Shown: one piece after another, positions 40,136 to 52,970 of the stretch | Position numbering within the stretch: the stretch's first letter is position 1 | Layout: each line of letters begins with the position of its first letter | Translations under genes and position numbers: made by a program | From: Octopus sinensis | Taxonomy: Eukaryota | DNA length: 64,000 nt | NCBI RefSeq assembly: GCF_006345805.1 | Contig: NC_042997.1 | Coordinates: 1 to 64,000, forward strand | Direction: 5' to 3' | The notes under the pieces: model-generated | Told to the model about the DNA's origin: nothing | Seen by the model: the letters and a program-made list of their open reading frames with translations, nothing else | Database searches by the model: none

Positions 40136-41000
40136 GATTCCTCAATGATGGCAAGGATTCCTAAAGATGTGAAGTAAATATATGGAATGCCTTATCCTTT
40201 GAATTCATAAAATAGCAATTTTCATAAAATATTTGATATTCAATATATAATTTCAGTTATGTCTCCAGTTTTTATTACCAACTAAGTAGTTTTTGCTTTA
40301 AAATTACAAAATAATTTGAATAAAATGAAATGAAAACAAAGTTTGGCATAGTGGGCAGTATTGATTCCCTAAGGTTCTATGTAGCTATCCAATGAGTGGA
40401 TGAACACTTGAAACGTTTTTGAGCATTCGATTTAAAAAGATCCGTCTGAAATACTAAAAAAGTTCCGTTGGAAATTCAAATTGACTTAGCAGATATCACT
40501 TGGCATGTACCTAGTAAGCATACAATATCATCTGACCGTCTAATAAGCTAACCAAAGGACAAGCGCGCGCTTTTCATGAAAACGTTTAATACTAGTGTAT
40601 TTTTAACGTCCGTCTCTGACAAATAAAGTCCTAAATTTTCTAAGGTCCCGAAAGATAAGGTCATATTTGAAAACGTATAAAAGTGCAAGAATATTCAGTT
40701 GACACATTGAAGAAAAGATCACTGAAGTGAAGAAAACTTTGGGGGTTAGAACTTCAGTATTGCAAGTTGTTTATTCATTTTGATCACATGGCATTCAATA
40801 AGTCAAATATTCTCATAGTCTATGTGAGTCATAATCGCCAAATCTGTGAAGAAAATTGACCAGGTAAATAAAGTGAACGATAGTACAGCCTTTACAAAAT
40901 TTTGTGCTGCATTTAAAGTAGTTCTATATCCTAAATTTATTTCATGCCAGGTTAATTTCACACAATTTAATTGAGACAATTCTACTTACTTGCCTTGCAG

Positions 41001-43530
41001 AAATATGGACAGACTTCAACTTCTCAATTTTTGTTCACAGTAATCTATATTCAGATATAATGTAAGCAGAACCGTTAGTAGAATAATTTTATTTATTCAG
41101 TCATTTATTCATATTTAAAATCTACAATATCCAATCAAAACATTACTACATAAGCTGATCGCTATAATATATTTTATTTGCTTATGAATCAGTAATACAA
41201 TTATCGATTTTGCTTTTTAGGTCACCAGAGATAATTACATTCGAACGAGATATTCATGTATTATTGTAAACTGCAGCCTATGATGAAACAAAGATAATTA
41301 AAGTAGAATTATGTATTTTATTTAGAAATCTTAACTATAATATTGATAGCACGACCACTCTGCACTTACGCACACACACGCTCACACGCTCACACTCACA
41401 CGCTCACACTCACACACACACACAAACAAACTTAAGCATAAAAAACACAAAAAATACATAAATACATAGTAACTAAAATAAGAATTGGGAAACATATCTG
41501 AAAACGATTGCGTAATTCAAATTTTTATAAAATTTTGCATTATGATTTGCAAAATGCATAAAATATTTTGGTTTCAAACCATTACCAAAGCATATATTAT
41601 CGATACATTTCTATACCATGTGACTTACAATATCTCGGAACTTTTAGTTTTTATGGCCATTCGTGTTCTATCCTTATAGAAATACTTACGTAACACTGCA
41701 ATTTAGCAAACACAATGGATATTATTTCCACAAATTATATAAACATGTATTCATATATGATATCTTATTTTATTTTGATAATTTATGTTTGTCATTATTG
41801 TAAATTTAGTTGTACAACATAATGTCCATCAACAGCGACAGCAACATAGCTCCTCACATTTCTAGTTTCTTTATATAATATTAATTTAAAATTTTATATT
41901 TCATGTTTAGCTGTGCATATAAGCATGTGTACAGCATTCATTCCTGTTTAAAATGTGTATATACCGAATTTATAAAGCATAACTAAACTTAAAATAGTTG
42001 CCTTTAAAATGATCTGAACGAATTGGATTAGTTGTTACCCCTAGATTTCGTAACGTAAAGTCAAATTATAACTAGAGAAATATGTACTATAGCTGTATTA
42101 AGACTAAATAATCATAATACAATTCAGCACATGCTGCTATATATTTCTTTATTATTCAGCACATGCTGCTATATAACAGCGTTGGTGTAGAAGTTTGATT
42201 CTCTTGAGGACACATGACATAGCCGTCATTAAATCGAGCTATCGTGCAAAACATTTTATTCTCTTTGACATAAACACACAATCACATAAAGACATATATT
42301 ATCTGTGAAATGCTAGTGTGCTCTTTCTCGAATACATTTTAGTGTTTGTAGTAAAAACTCTTGGGGCATATATGTGAGGAAAAAAGAATTGAGTTGAGGT
42401 TGAACGACTGAAAGGAATTTTATAAAATTGCTATATTTCTATGAATATGTTATGTTACAAAGTATCATGCACTTATCGAGAATTGGATATTATTTAAGAT
42501 ATCTAAACTTCGTTCAAGCTTCTTATCCAGTTTAGACTTTTAATCTAAGCAAACAATCATTTCTCAGTGATATCTGAATCTTTTAACTCGTGAAAGATTG
42601 GGCAACATAAAATTATATCTGTGATCATAAAACCTGTCATTTATAACCACTTTAGATGTTGGCTTCGCATAAACTTTAACCGTTAAAAATCTAGCCTAGC
42701 TTCATCGCTGCTCTGAGAATTGATTTATTATATTTGATGCCAGCACAAATCACATTGCCAATGATTAGATTTTGATATCATTAAGGAAATATAGGCAACT
42801 TTAAAAATTGAGGTCTTAAACTGTTCACTGGTTCTCAATGGTATCTGTTTATCTACTTTTCTTGCAATAGATCTACTTAATCTTTAAAGTAGTGTGTACT
42901 ATTAAATATCCTTTCAACTCTAACTTAGTATAGTAAATATTAATAAATTTTTTTTACGTAGCGATCTAATGCTAAAAAGCAAGGGTAAACACATTCCTTC
43001 AAGTGTGTTAATAATTATGATAATTATTGTTCTGTCAAAATATATAACATTTCTGTTAAATTTCATTTTAACTAAATACCATGCGATTATCATAAGTAAT
43101 GATCAATTATCATGCAATTATTTTGCTGTGAGTGACACTGAATTTCTTTAGAGAGCAACAAATCTCATATACAGGGTCTCCAAATTATCACATTCAAATG
43201 ATGTTACACTACTCCATTTTTATATTGATCAGATAATCTTTTACTTTTCTTGCTATTGTCTCACAAGTTTCGACCATTTTCTTAAACAGAATTTTGTGAT
43301 ATTTTTGAAACAGACTACAAATTTCACTTATTCCTATTTGATTGCTACTTTTATTCTGTATAAAATAGCATAATTGACATTGATGTTGGGAATAGTATCA
43401 CCTTGTAATATGCTTGTAATAAATTTCGTTAAGAATTTCGGCAGTAATATTTTTCCTGAGAATCAGAACTGCTTTTTCTAGTTATTGCAGGACCCTTACG
43501 TATAACATCATTCGCCTTATGCAGGACAAG
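41001..43530 (+). CDS. Candidate short exons 41001-41039 and 43491-43530, product unknown
   Basis: Acceptors ctacttacttgccttgcag| and ctttttctagttattgcag|; donors |gtaatc and AAG|gtactt; one joined frame gives MDRLQLLNFCSQTLTYNIIRLMQDK. Other frames are also open, so support is weak. Confidence 0.25.
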
Positions 43531-43789
43531 GTACTTTATTTTCCGTTTATACAAATCAGGATTGAAATTGTAAAAATTGCATCCAATACATATTTGTTTG
43601 GGGTACATACTTGGGTGCAGAAAATGTGATTCTCCCCATCCCGTCATTCATTTTGCAAAGGGACTTACTATAAGGTACTGTGAATTATCCATAATTTCCC
43701 CTCTTTCTACTAATAAAAATAAAAGCTAAAGCTCCTTCCCGACTCATAGACACTCATAAGGTTTCTATCACGTATAAATTCCACCACCG

Positions 43790-43940
43790 GGTGGGACACA
43801 GAGTTATTCCTTTTTACCACCTGAGTGAAATGAGGTGTTTTACTAAACAACACAACGCATTACTTGGTCCAGAAATCGAAACCACAATCGTACGACCATG
43901 AGTCCAAATTTCTTAACCACAAAGCAACGTGTCTTCACAC
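43790..43940 (-). mobile_element. Decayed tRNA-derived SINE
   Basis: Minus strand tggttaagaaatttggactcatggtcgtacgattgtggtttcgatttctgg shows A and B box remnants. Confidence 0.55.
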
Positions 43941-44681
43941 TTATAAAATTAGCAACGATAATTATTCGATAAATCGATACCACCATCACTATCACCTGGG
44001 CCACCACCACTAGTTAGTATCAGAGGTATTGGTAGTGGTGGTGTTGGTGATGATAGTGTCATTACATTTGATCATTGGCAGTATGTTTTCATTAATTTGA
44101 AATCCGTTTAGCTTTCACTGCGACGTTTCCAGATTAGTTGAAACGTTTATCCATGAAATTATTATGTTTTTAGAGGTTTATACATTTCCTATATCTAAAG
44201 ATTTAAGAAAGATTATTGGTGTATGAACTTCGTTGTTTCTTCTCTTGCAGTGTTCTGATTTATAGGAATCATTCCACATATTTTATAATTGCTGTTTATA
44301 TTTATGGTAGCTGTTGTTATGCAACATGACAATCGGACGTTGGTAGCATAACTATTTACTACTGTCTATATCGGCACATTTATACTGATACAACAATCTG
44401 GATATAACGACGTATTGATGTTGTACATTAATATTATTGCATCAACAGCCGCTCTTTTTGTAGCAGATGGTGGCTGATTGTTTTAAAAATAAAACGTACC
44501 ATCACTATAACGACTGCATTATTTCACTCAACTGTTGTTGTCTTGCTTCTGCAGACAACTTGGAGTAATTCTGGTATTTGATTATAAGATGATATTTTCA
44601 TCCACATGTTTGATTATTGTTAGCTCTACTGTTCTTGTTGTTCGTGGTCATTATGTTATGGTAGTTGATGAATATTATTAT

Positions 44682-44684
44682 TAA

Positions 44685-44721
<37 letters not shown>

Positions 44722-44790
44722 GTTATTATTATTATTATTATTTTAGGGTTTGGATGTTGATGATGATGATGATGACGATGGTGGTGATGA
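44682..44790. repeat. (ATT)n and (GAT)n microsatellites
   Basis: Direct reading. Confidence 0.9.
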
Positions 44791-46198
44791 TAATAATTGG
44801 GAACAAGAATGGGCGGATGATGGATGCGGTGGTAATGACGCTGTAGTTGCTGTTTGATAATCGACATTATATTTGCATTTGATTTTGTTGGCGTATTTAC
44901 TCATCTATTGTTTGTTTATTTTTGTTGCGGTAGAAATGGATTAGATGCGTTAAATAATCCAATCATATCTGTAGTGAGAACTTGTCAACACATTACGGAA
45001 GTAAACGTTTTTGAAAAAATAATAGCCGGCGGCTGTTTGAATATAAATTGAAATAAATTAGTTTAAAGCGAGAATATCAGCTGCAAGTTTTGAGAGAAAA
45101 ATATTAAAATGAATGAGAAGTCTCCAGATATGTCGGAACAAAAGGAAGAAGGAATTGGCATAGAAAGAAAAAAATAAAAAAAAGACAGGAAACGTAGTGC
45201 ATAAAAATATTGAAAGCAGAGAAGCTGAGGCGCGGTAACAAATATATTTTAAGAAAGGTTACGTGTGGAATAAACAATGTGAAAGTGTAGGAAAATATAT
45301 AAAGCCATGATATTTGCGGGCGGGGGAAGGAATGGTAAATACTAATAGATACTGAGACTATGATAAACAGGTAGTAGTATAATGACGGATAGAGTAGGTT
45401 GCATTATTATGCATGAAAATGTGTAGCTGGTTTTCCTTTGGATTTTATGAACTCATAAATACTTATCGCAAAATTCGATTGTATCTAGTCGAGAGAAATG
45501 CAAACAAATTATAGGGAAGAAATGAAAGATTTGAGGAATGTATGGTGATATATATATAAGATGCAAAGTATACTGAAAGATCAGCGAAAATAGAGCAAGA
45601 GAGTGTAGGAAAGAGCGAGAGAGTGTGGGAGAGAGCGTGACGGAATGAAAAGCTAAATAGACTGTATTTAAATATACGAAAACGAAAACGAAAACACTGA
45701 TGTCTTGTATCAAGAAAGAGAAATTAAAAAGCATAAATTTGAGGATTCTTATTGATAGACAATATATATTTTGGTATGTATGTTTATTAAACATACACAT
45801 ACCGGGAAATTTGATCTTAAATTTCCACTGTACTAGACATTCGCTCATATAAACCGTTGTAGCAATTGGTTACAGCGGCTTGGTAATACCTTTTGATTCA
45901 TCTGGCTTTCAAATTTCTAGTTTATGCTTGCACTGCAAAGTTATCACATACTGAGTTAAACTAAAATTTTACATCTTGCAAAACCAAGAATGCCTCCTTA
46001 GACATAAAACGTCTTCCATAATTTTTTCGAAATTTAAAAATGCCATCACAACAATCGCCTTTGCTCATAAATTATATGTGCATGTAGTGAAGAGTAAGTG
46101 TCAATAATTATAAGACCAAATTATTCATAAATGCTTTGTTCAACGGCAAACTAAGTCTAAATACCTCGAATAAAAATATAGAAGAAAATAAAACTGCT

Positions 46199-46305
46199 GA
46201 CGGATATTTGTCCTCACAACGTTTCGGCTGATACACCCTCCAGCTTTCATCAGATGTCTTGGGAAAATTTAGAATCTGGGTTCTCATTCCTAAGTTATTT
46301 TTCGA

Positions 46306-46346
<41 letters not shown>

Positions 46347-46713
46347 TATTATTATTATTTTTATTATTATTATTCAGGTTACTGCCTGGAATCGAACTCG
46401 GAATCTTGGGGTTAGTTGCCCGCGCTCTTAACACTACGCCATATAGCGTAGTGTTTAAAAGCGCGGGCTACTAACCCCTGAATAACAAGAACAATAATAA
46501 TAAAAATAATAATAATAATAACAACAACAACAAAAACATTATCGAAAAATACCTTAGGAATGAGAACCCAGGTTCGACATTTCCCCAAGACACCTGATGA
46601 AGGCTGGAGGGTATATCAGCTGAAACGTTGTGTTTACAACAAACAAGATGAGGACAAATATCCGTCTATTGTAAATAATGTACATAATTCCTCATCTCTT
46701 AAATATAGAACTG
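46199..46713. mobile_element. Head-to-head pair of family D SINEs (tRNA head + (AAT)n + hammerhead-bearing tail)
   Basis: Minus copy 46199-46444 and plus copy 46441-46713 share a central ATAT; tails gacggatatttgtcctca / tgaggacaaatatccgtc are reverse complements. Confidence 0.92.
46588..46635 (+). ncRNA. Minimal type I hammerhead ribozyme motif (PLE type)
   Basis: agacac CTGATGA a ggctg-gagggtatat-cagct GAAA cg T T gtgttt: stem I 6 bp, stem II 5 bp, all core nucleotides, palindromic AACGTT helix III. One extra A precedes stem II. Confidence 0.7.
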
Positions 46714-47339
46714 TATTAAAATAAAACTGCTTTATCATAAATAATCTGACCTTGTTGCTAAACCTGTCAAAAAGCTGCCCTAACAAACATCTATTAAAAC
46801 ACTGCTCTCAGTGTTTACAGGGTTCTCTGGCTATGAATTGGAAACTTGACATTAGACTGTGCCGTCACAGATCTAAACTATTTTCCTGTATTCTAACTCT
46901 CTACTATCATTACTAGCATTACTAGCAACGTTCACTTCCAGGAGGTAACACACTTCTTCATTTCATCCTAAACATGTTTCACACTGACATCCCACACATG
47001 CACACTAGAAACCTTTCACTAGAAACAGACTGCTCCCATAAAGGCAGACTCCTAGTTGGGACATAATAGTTTACTTTCATTCAACAACATGAAAACAGTC
47101 ATGCCCGTATGATGATCATTCCTCATTCTCTCTAGTCTGAGACAAAAAAACCTAACTAAAACATCAGTGTTACAAATGAAGGTCATTACCAACTCGATCT
47201 TGTATATGTTGATACTTCTTGTCTACTACGCACACACAATATTACAAAAATCTATATTTTTAGGATTAGTTATAACTGGTGGAAAAATATTTCGACTCCA
47301 ATTAGTGATTTCAATCTCAGGGGTGGTGTATTGTATACC

Positions 47340-47567
47340 TATTTCTTTATTACCCACAAGGGGCTAAACATAGAGGAGACAAACATGGACAGACATAGGT
47401 ATTAAGTCGATTATATCGACCCCAGTGCTTAACTGGTACTTAATTTATCGACCCCGAAAGGATGAAAGGTAAAGTCGACCTCGGCGGAATTTGAACTCAC
47501 AACGTAACGGCAGCCGAAATACCGCTAAGCATTTCGCCCGACGTGCTAACGATTCTGCTAGCTCGCC
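47340..47567 (-). mobile_element. Full-length young family A SINE with perfect 20 bp TSD
   Basis: ggggtggtgtattgtatacc at 47320-47339 and 47568-47587. Confidence 0.96.
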
Positions 47568-47769
47568 GGGGTGGTGTATTGTATACCGTCCATCCTATAT
47601 GGATTGGTCACCTCGGAGTAGAAAAAAATGAATGCTGAAACAATGTTGCACTGGAAATATCTACATTACACACAAGCACAAGTTATGAGTTTCATAGATG
47701 CATCGAAAAAACCCTTTCGAAACTATTCAGGATAAACATAAGGTACCGCTGTGTTGAAAATAACTATAC

Positions 47770-47975
47770 TCATTATTCTTTTATTTGTTTCAGTCATTTG
47801 ACCGCGGTTATGCTGAGGCACCAACTTTAGTCGAACAAATCGACCCCAAGACTTATTCGTTGTAAGCCTAGTACTTATTCTATCGGTCTCTTTTGCCGAA
47901 CCGCTACGCTACGGGGATGTAAACACGCCAGCATCGGTTGTAAAACGATGGTGGGGCAAGACAAACACAGACACA
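47770..47975 (-). mobile_element. Family B SINE, 3' half
   Basis: tttgtttcagtcatttgaccgcgg...ctatcggtctcttttgccgaaccgct. Confidence 0.85.
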
Positions 47976-47999
47976 CAAACATAAAAAAACCCAAAATGT

Positions 48000-48535
48000 T
48001 AACTTACTAAAAAGTGAGTACAGCTAGACTCATCACAAGCAGAAAAATGTCTAAGAGTTCAGCAACAATTTATTAAAAATAACACAACAAATCCCCCACC
48101 ACCACAACGAACTAGAAAAACAAAATGTCCTACCTGTAGCGTGTCTCTTTTTTCCCCTCTTATTCACGCAGTTCAAAGCGACTTCACAACTGGAAATTGG
48201 TAGCAACAACAAATCCAGTCAATCCGAAGCAGGAACTACAGCAAACCGGGTACTCCAATGCAAGGATTACAGCACAGGAACAATATTTTGGTTTGTGATA
48301 TACGCCCACAAACTTTTTGTGGGGGAGATACGCTCACCACAAAAATTTTTAACTAACTAAAAATTGAGTACAACTAGACTCCCCACAGGCAGAAAAAAAT
48401 GTTAAGTGTTCAGCAGGTATCTATTAAAAATAATACAACAAATCCCCACCGAACTAAAAAAGAAAGAAGTCTTACCTATAGCCAGTCTCTTTTATTTCTC
48501 TTATTCACGCAGCTCAAAGCAACGTGACATTCACA
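48000..48535. repeat. Two diverged direct repeats of about 190 bp
   Basis: 48000-48190 vs 48350-48535 (gagtacagctagact / gagtacaactagact ... tcttattcacgcagttcaaagc / tcttattcacgcagctcaaagc). Confidence 0.85.
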
Positions 48536-48749
48536 GTAGCAATAGCTTACAACAGACGGTGCATGCGTCGAGAGTAAGCCAGCTACTTTATTTCATTCAA
48601 TTTGCCATCAAGCCATTACATAGAAGTAGTAGCTGCGGGCTGGAAAATAACATTAATGAGATGAATGATGAAAAAATGATATTAATGAGGAAAGGTAGAC
48701 GATGCCCGCCGATCGCTGCTTCTCTAAAACATTGTTCTTTTACAAAACA

Positions 48750-50000
48750 CACAATTTGAGGTAATAAATCTCTTACTGATGTTCCATTGGACACAAGGTC
48801 CTTACAATGAGGCACTAAGCCTCTTACCAAAAATAGCACAATGTCCTTATAAATGAGACACTAGGCCTCTTACATTTTCTCTGATGGGCAATAAGAGAAA
48901 ATGTATGAGGCACTCAGCCTCTTAAGTTTTACTATTTTCCGCTCCGCCGGCACGCGACCAGGCTCAAAGCATCACTTAAGCCCTCCGATAGTGCCAGATC
49001 AGGGTGCCTTAATCTGAAGCGGAATACATCTTCTGGGAAGGAGTCCATTACCTTGAAAAGCTCCGTGTCTGAGATGACCACAGCAACCTGAGGAGGCCAT
49101 CCAGGGTCTTTAATGCAGGTTATGTTTCCTCCCCTGGCAAACTTTTTTAGTAAACATTCCCACCGCCTCTCCCATGCGGAAGAAGACCAAAAATTCCTCC
49201 TCCACATGGGTTGAGGCCACAACTTCCACCGTCGGTGGCACAATTTCCGCCGACGGGGCTCCGGAACATGCCGGTGGTGTATTAACCGCCGGCACTGCCC
49301 CATTTTTCTTCTTTTTTTTCTCCCCTTTGCTACGGGAGGGTGTAGTTCCTCCGCTTTAACCGGAGGATCTTCCCTCCCTCCCGCAGCCTTGGGGTCCTTT
49401 TTTTCCCCTTTTTTCAGAGGAGGTATCTACTGCCTCCATCCCTCCTTCCGAATGAGGAGGTGGGGATTCTTTCATTACTAACTGTTCCAGGACCTTACTT
49501 TGGTCCTGCGGACAGTTCTTTTTAATGTGGCCTGGTTCCAGGCACAGTCAGACACAAGTTCAAAAAAGTTCAAAGAAAAAACAAAAAAAGAAGACAGAAG
49601 AAGAAGGAAGACAGTTTGAAACATAGCAGAATTCAATAAAGCACAATTATGGCTGGCAGTACTCCTGGCCTACTGTAATCCACCAGCAGGAACAGAGCTC
49701 CACAAATTGGTACAATACCACGAATTTCACAGCATTTTTTTGCCGTGAAACACGCCCCCAAAACAACAATTCTCACACAAGGTGAGTCACTTAGCGCGAC
49801 TGCAGTCAGACAAATGTCCAGGACCCTGTGAGTATTTCTCATTTGCAAAAAGAAAACAATATCAAATAACAAAAAAACCCAACCCCCCCCCCAAAAAAAC
49901 AAAACAGGTGCCTACCTTACAGACAGTCGCGCCTTCAACGTTCTTCAATTCAAGAGCGCTGCGAAGCAACTTCTTGACAATACTACTTGACTAACGCATA
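48750..50000 (-). mobile_element. Non-LTR ORF1 (gag-like) remnant with 5' leader and structured downstream region; no ORF2
   Basis: Minus strand TCV*LCLEPGHIKKNCP (broken CCHC knuckle, 49512-49556) followed by Pro/Glu-rich frameshifted frames to about 48932; locally high GC. Confidence 0.6.
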
Positions 50001-51679
50001 CGCAGCCACTCCTTCGCCTAAGTTATCACATAATCACTTAATCTAAAATTTTTCATCTTGTAAAACCAATAATGCCTCCTTAGAACTGGTACTGCCTACT
50101 GTAACGATACTGAAACAAACAATAAATTTATCTCCTTCAGCTGATCCTGACGGACTCCGATTTTTGCAAGAGCAGGATGTTGCTACTTTAGATTTGCCAT
50201 CTTCATGTTTATCACAAGGAATTCAAGAAGAAAGAAAGAGAACATGGCAACTGATATGAAGCTAAAACTCTAAGCTATAAAAGCTACAAGATAAATTAAA
50301 AATCAAGTTCTTATTAAATGTAAACATCTCAAACAGCATAAATGTCTCGGACGGCATCTTAAAGGCTATCTAACTGATTGATAAAGGTGGGATCGACTAG
50401 TGTAATATAATTTTAAGGTAACTTAATTTCGTCTGAGTCTCTCTTATTGTTACTAACACTATCTTATAATCTGAGCCAACTGGTTGCATATACTTCTAGC
50501 ACTCCCCATTTGAATCAACTTTATTCCTGCTATGTGTTACATCTCAATTCCTACACTAAATACACCAAAGTATTTATTCCTAGCACTGACAGTCTCTGTA
50601 AATCTATCAACCTCAATTTTCCTTAGCGTGTGGATCTACATCTGTTCAAACTTTGTATGAACTCGTCAATCTTACCAGCGTGGAAGGGTTTGTGAATGCT
50701 ATAGTTACTGTTACCCCTTCATGTGTGGCTAGGACATAACAGAAAAGAATATTTCATTTTTAGAAAATAACACCGGGAATCTCGGAAAAAAACATGAATC
50801 ATATGACGAACAAAGCCATATCGTCAGGGCAATTCCCTTAAGGTTACGGTACAACTGAATTGCATCATGTTAGATTGCGGCATATGACTTAACAGAAACG
50901 AGATGAATAAACAGCTTATTTGTCTATGATAATTGTTTTATTTAATGCTAAGTCAAAGAAAATTATTGAGCTGTCGACCAACTTTGATAACTCTTTTTTT
51001 ACCTCTGGTTTCTGTTACGAGTAATAAAAATATCTTATCCTATATGTAAATTTTAAGTTTGCGTTCTATTCTCTCTGCTAACAAAGAATAAGGCAAGAGT
51101 TTTCAGCAAGTTGCAGAAGATGTGTAATTGTCAGTCTACCCATTCATTATAACCAAATATAATATTGTCCTTACTATACAATGTTAATGACTGATACGAA
51201 AAGACATTTGCGGCTTAGACATCGAAGCGAGGAAAATATTAGCAATTTAAAACTTCTGTATCTGCAGTGTAACTGAAAGAGTCTATTTCAAATAGTTACA
51301 AAAGTTGAAAAGAAAGGCAATCCAGGCAGGGATTTTGAGTTGTCACATAATCAATCAAGGAATGATAGGTGAATATTAACGGAAGAACGTACACCAAGGT
51401 TGAGATAAAGAAGATGATGAAAAATGAGGTGAGTATAACAATAGTATATATCACTCAATCTGTTCGACTGTCCGTCTGTTTGTCTGTCTGTCTCTTACCG
51501 TATTGAATTAACGTCATCTTGAAAATAAGACTTTTCTCATTTTTTAAATAGTAACTTAGGAAATGAAAACAAAAATGTGTTCATAAATATCTTTCCAGAA
51601 AACTTACAAATATAATTTACTTTACATAAGTTACTTTTTCTAAATTAAAAAATGTCTTCTATCTCTCCCCACGTCCTCC

Positions 51680-51680
<1 letters not shown>

Positions 51681-51751
<71 letters not shown>

Positions 51752-52075
51752 AAAAAAACCAAAGGAAAAAGAGAGCCACTTATTGTAATGTGTCTTCGTT
51801 TTGCATGACACTATTGCCCAAGGTTCCCGTGGTCTTTTCCGTAGGCTTTTCTATCCACGGACAAACCTAATCTGTTTTCTCTTTTTACATTGACATTTCT
51901 GTGATACAGATCCCTATTGATCGGCTCCACTTTTTTTCCACGATCCCTTTTGATCGGAATTCCCCCACCTTTTTTCTTCTCTTCTTTCCAAAAAGAAAAG
52001 CTCTACTTTGCATATTGTATCTTCTGTGTTCAGCCCTGCGTGGCTAATAAAGAAATATATCTATCTATCTGTCTA
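51681..52075 (+). mobile_element. Probable non-LTR 3' end fragment lodged in (CTAT)n
   Basis: About 310 bp unique segment ending aataaagaaata, flanked on both sides by CTAT repeats; duplicated gatccct(a/t)ttgatcgg motif inside. Confidence 0.4.
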
Positions 52076-52819
52076 TTTTTATCCATTCATTCATTTACTC
52101 ACTTTTTTTCTCGATTGTCCTTATTATTCTGCAACCACCCAATACAGATTTACACTTCATTTTAAGATGTCATCAATTCCAACCAGATCTACATTTGCCA
52201 TGTCAATAAAGAAAAGTTAAAGGCAAACCTTATCAAAATGTAGCATTTATCTCCCCGCTAGTTTTCATAGAGGGTCAGTTGCGCTGATGTTCTTTCACAA
52301 AGAATCAATTTATTGTGTGAAGAGAATGTCGCAGACGTTCCAATTATGAAAATGTTTAAATTCATAATAAGCCTTGCATCATGGACATCGACTTTCAGAA
52401 TTTCTTGTTTCCCAGAATTTTGTATATAGTGTTGTATATAAAAATGAAAATATAAAAACTAATAAATATTGTGATCTATTGAATGATTCTTTTATTTCAA
52501 TGTTGTTTTACCTTTCTTTTCTTTCTTTCTTTCTTTCTTGATTATATGACTACATTTCAATGAAGCCAAATATTACTTATTCCATACATACAACAATGAA
52601 TTGTGCACTAGTAAATATTTATGCTCAGAGGATCTATAGATATATTATCTAAATACCTACTTTTCACTCATATACACCAATCGATCGGTGTTACTTTTCA
52701 GACAGAAATTCGAAGATAGTTGATTTGATTCTTTGGGAAGAAGAGAGATATAACGTTTTTTTTCCTCCATGCATATATACTACCATATATATTGTACACG
52801 TGCAAAGAAATACATATAT

Positions 52820-52830
52820 AAGTGTATATA

Positions 52831-52899
<69 letters not shown>

Positions 52900-52970
52900 G
52901 TTCTGAGTTCAAATGACGCCGAGGTCGAATTTACCTTTCATTTTCATTCGTCATTTCGTGGTCGATAAAC
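52820..52970 (+). mobile_element. (TA)n followed by a 5'-truncated family A SINE fragment
   Basis: acgttctgagttcaaatgacgccgaggtcgaattt. Confidence 0.8.

Noticed and set aside
43429-43647. 72 aa minus-strand ORF MTGWGESHFLH...
   Set aside because: No recognisable homology and no convincing splice sites on that strand.
46381-46445. tRNA gene
   Set aside because: A and B boxes are present, but there is no acceptor stem and it continues into SINE body sequence.
48756-48924. CRISPR-like repeat-spacer appearance
   Set aside because: Eukaryotic context, no cas genes, only four degenerate repeats, and the spacers are related to each other.
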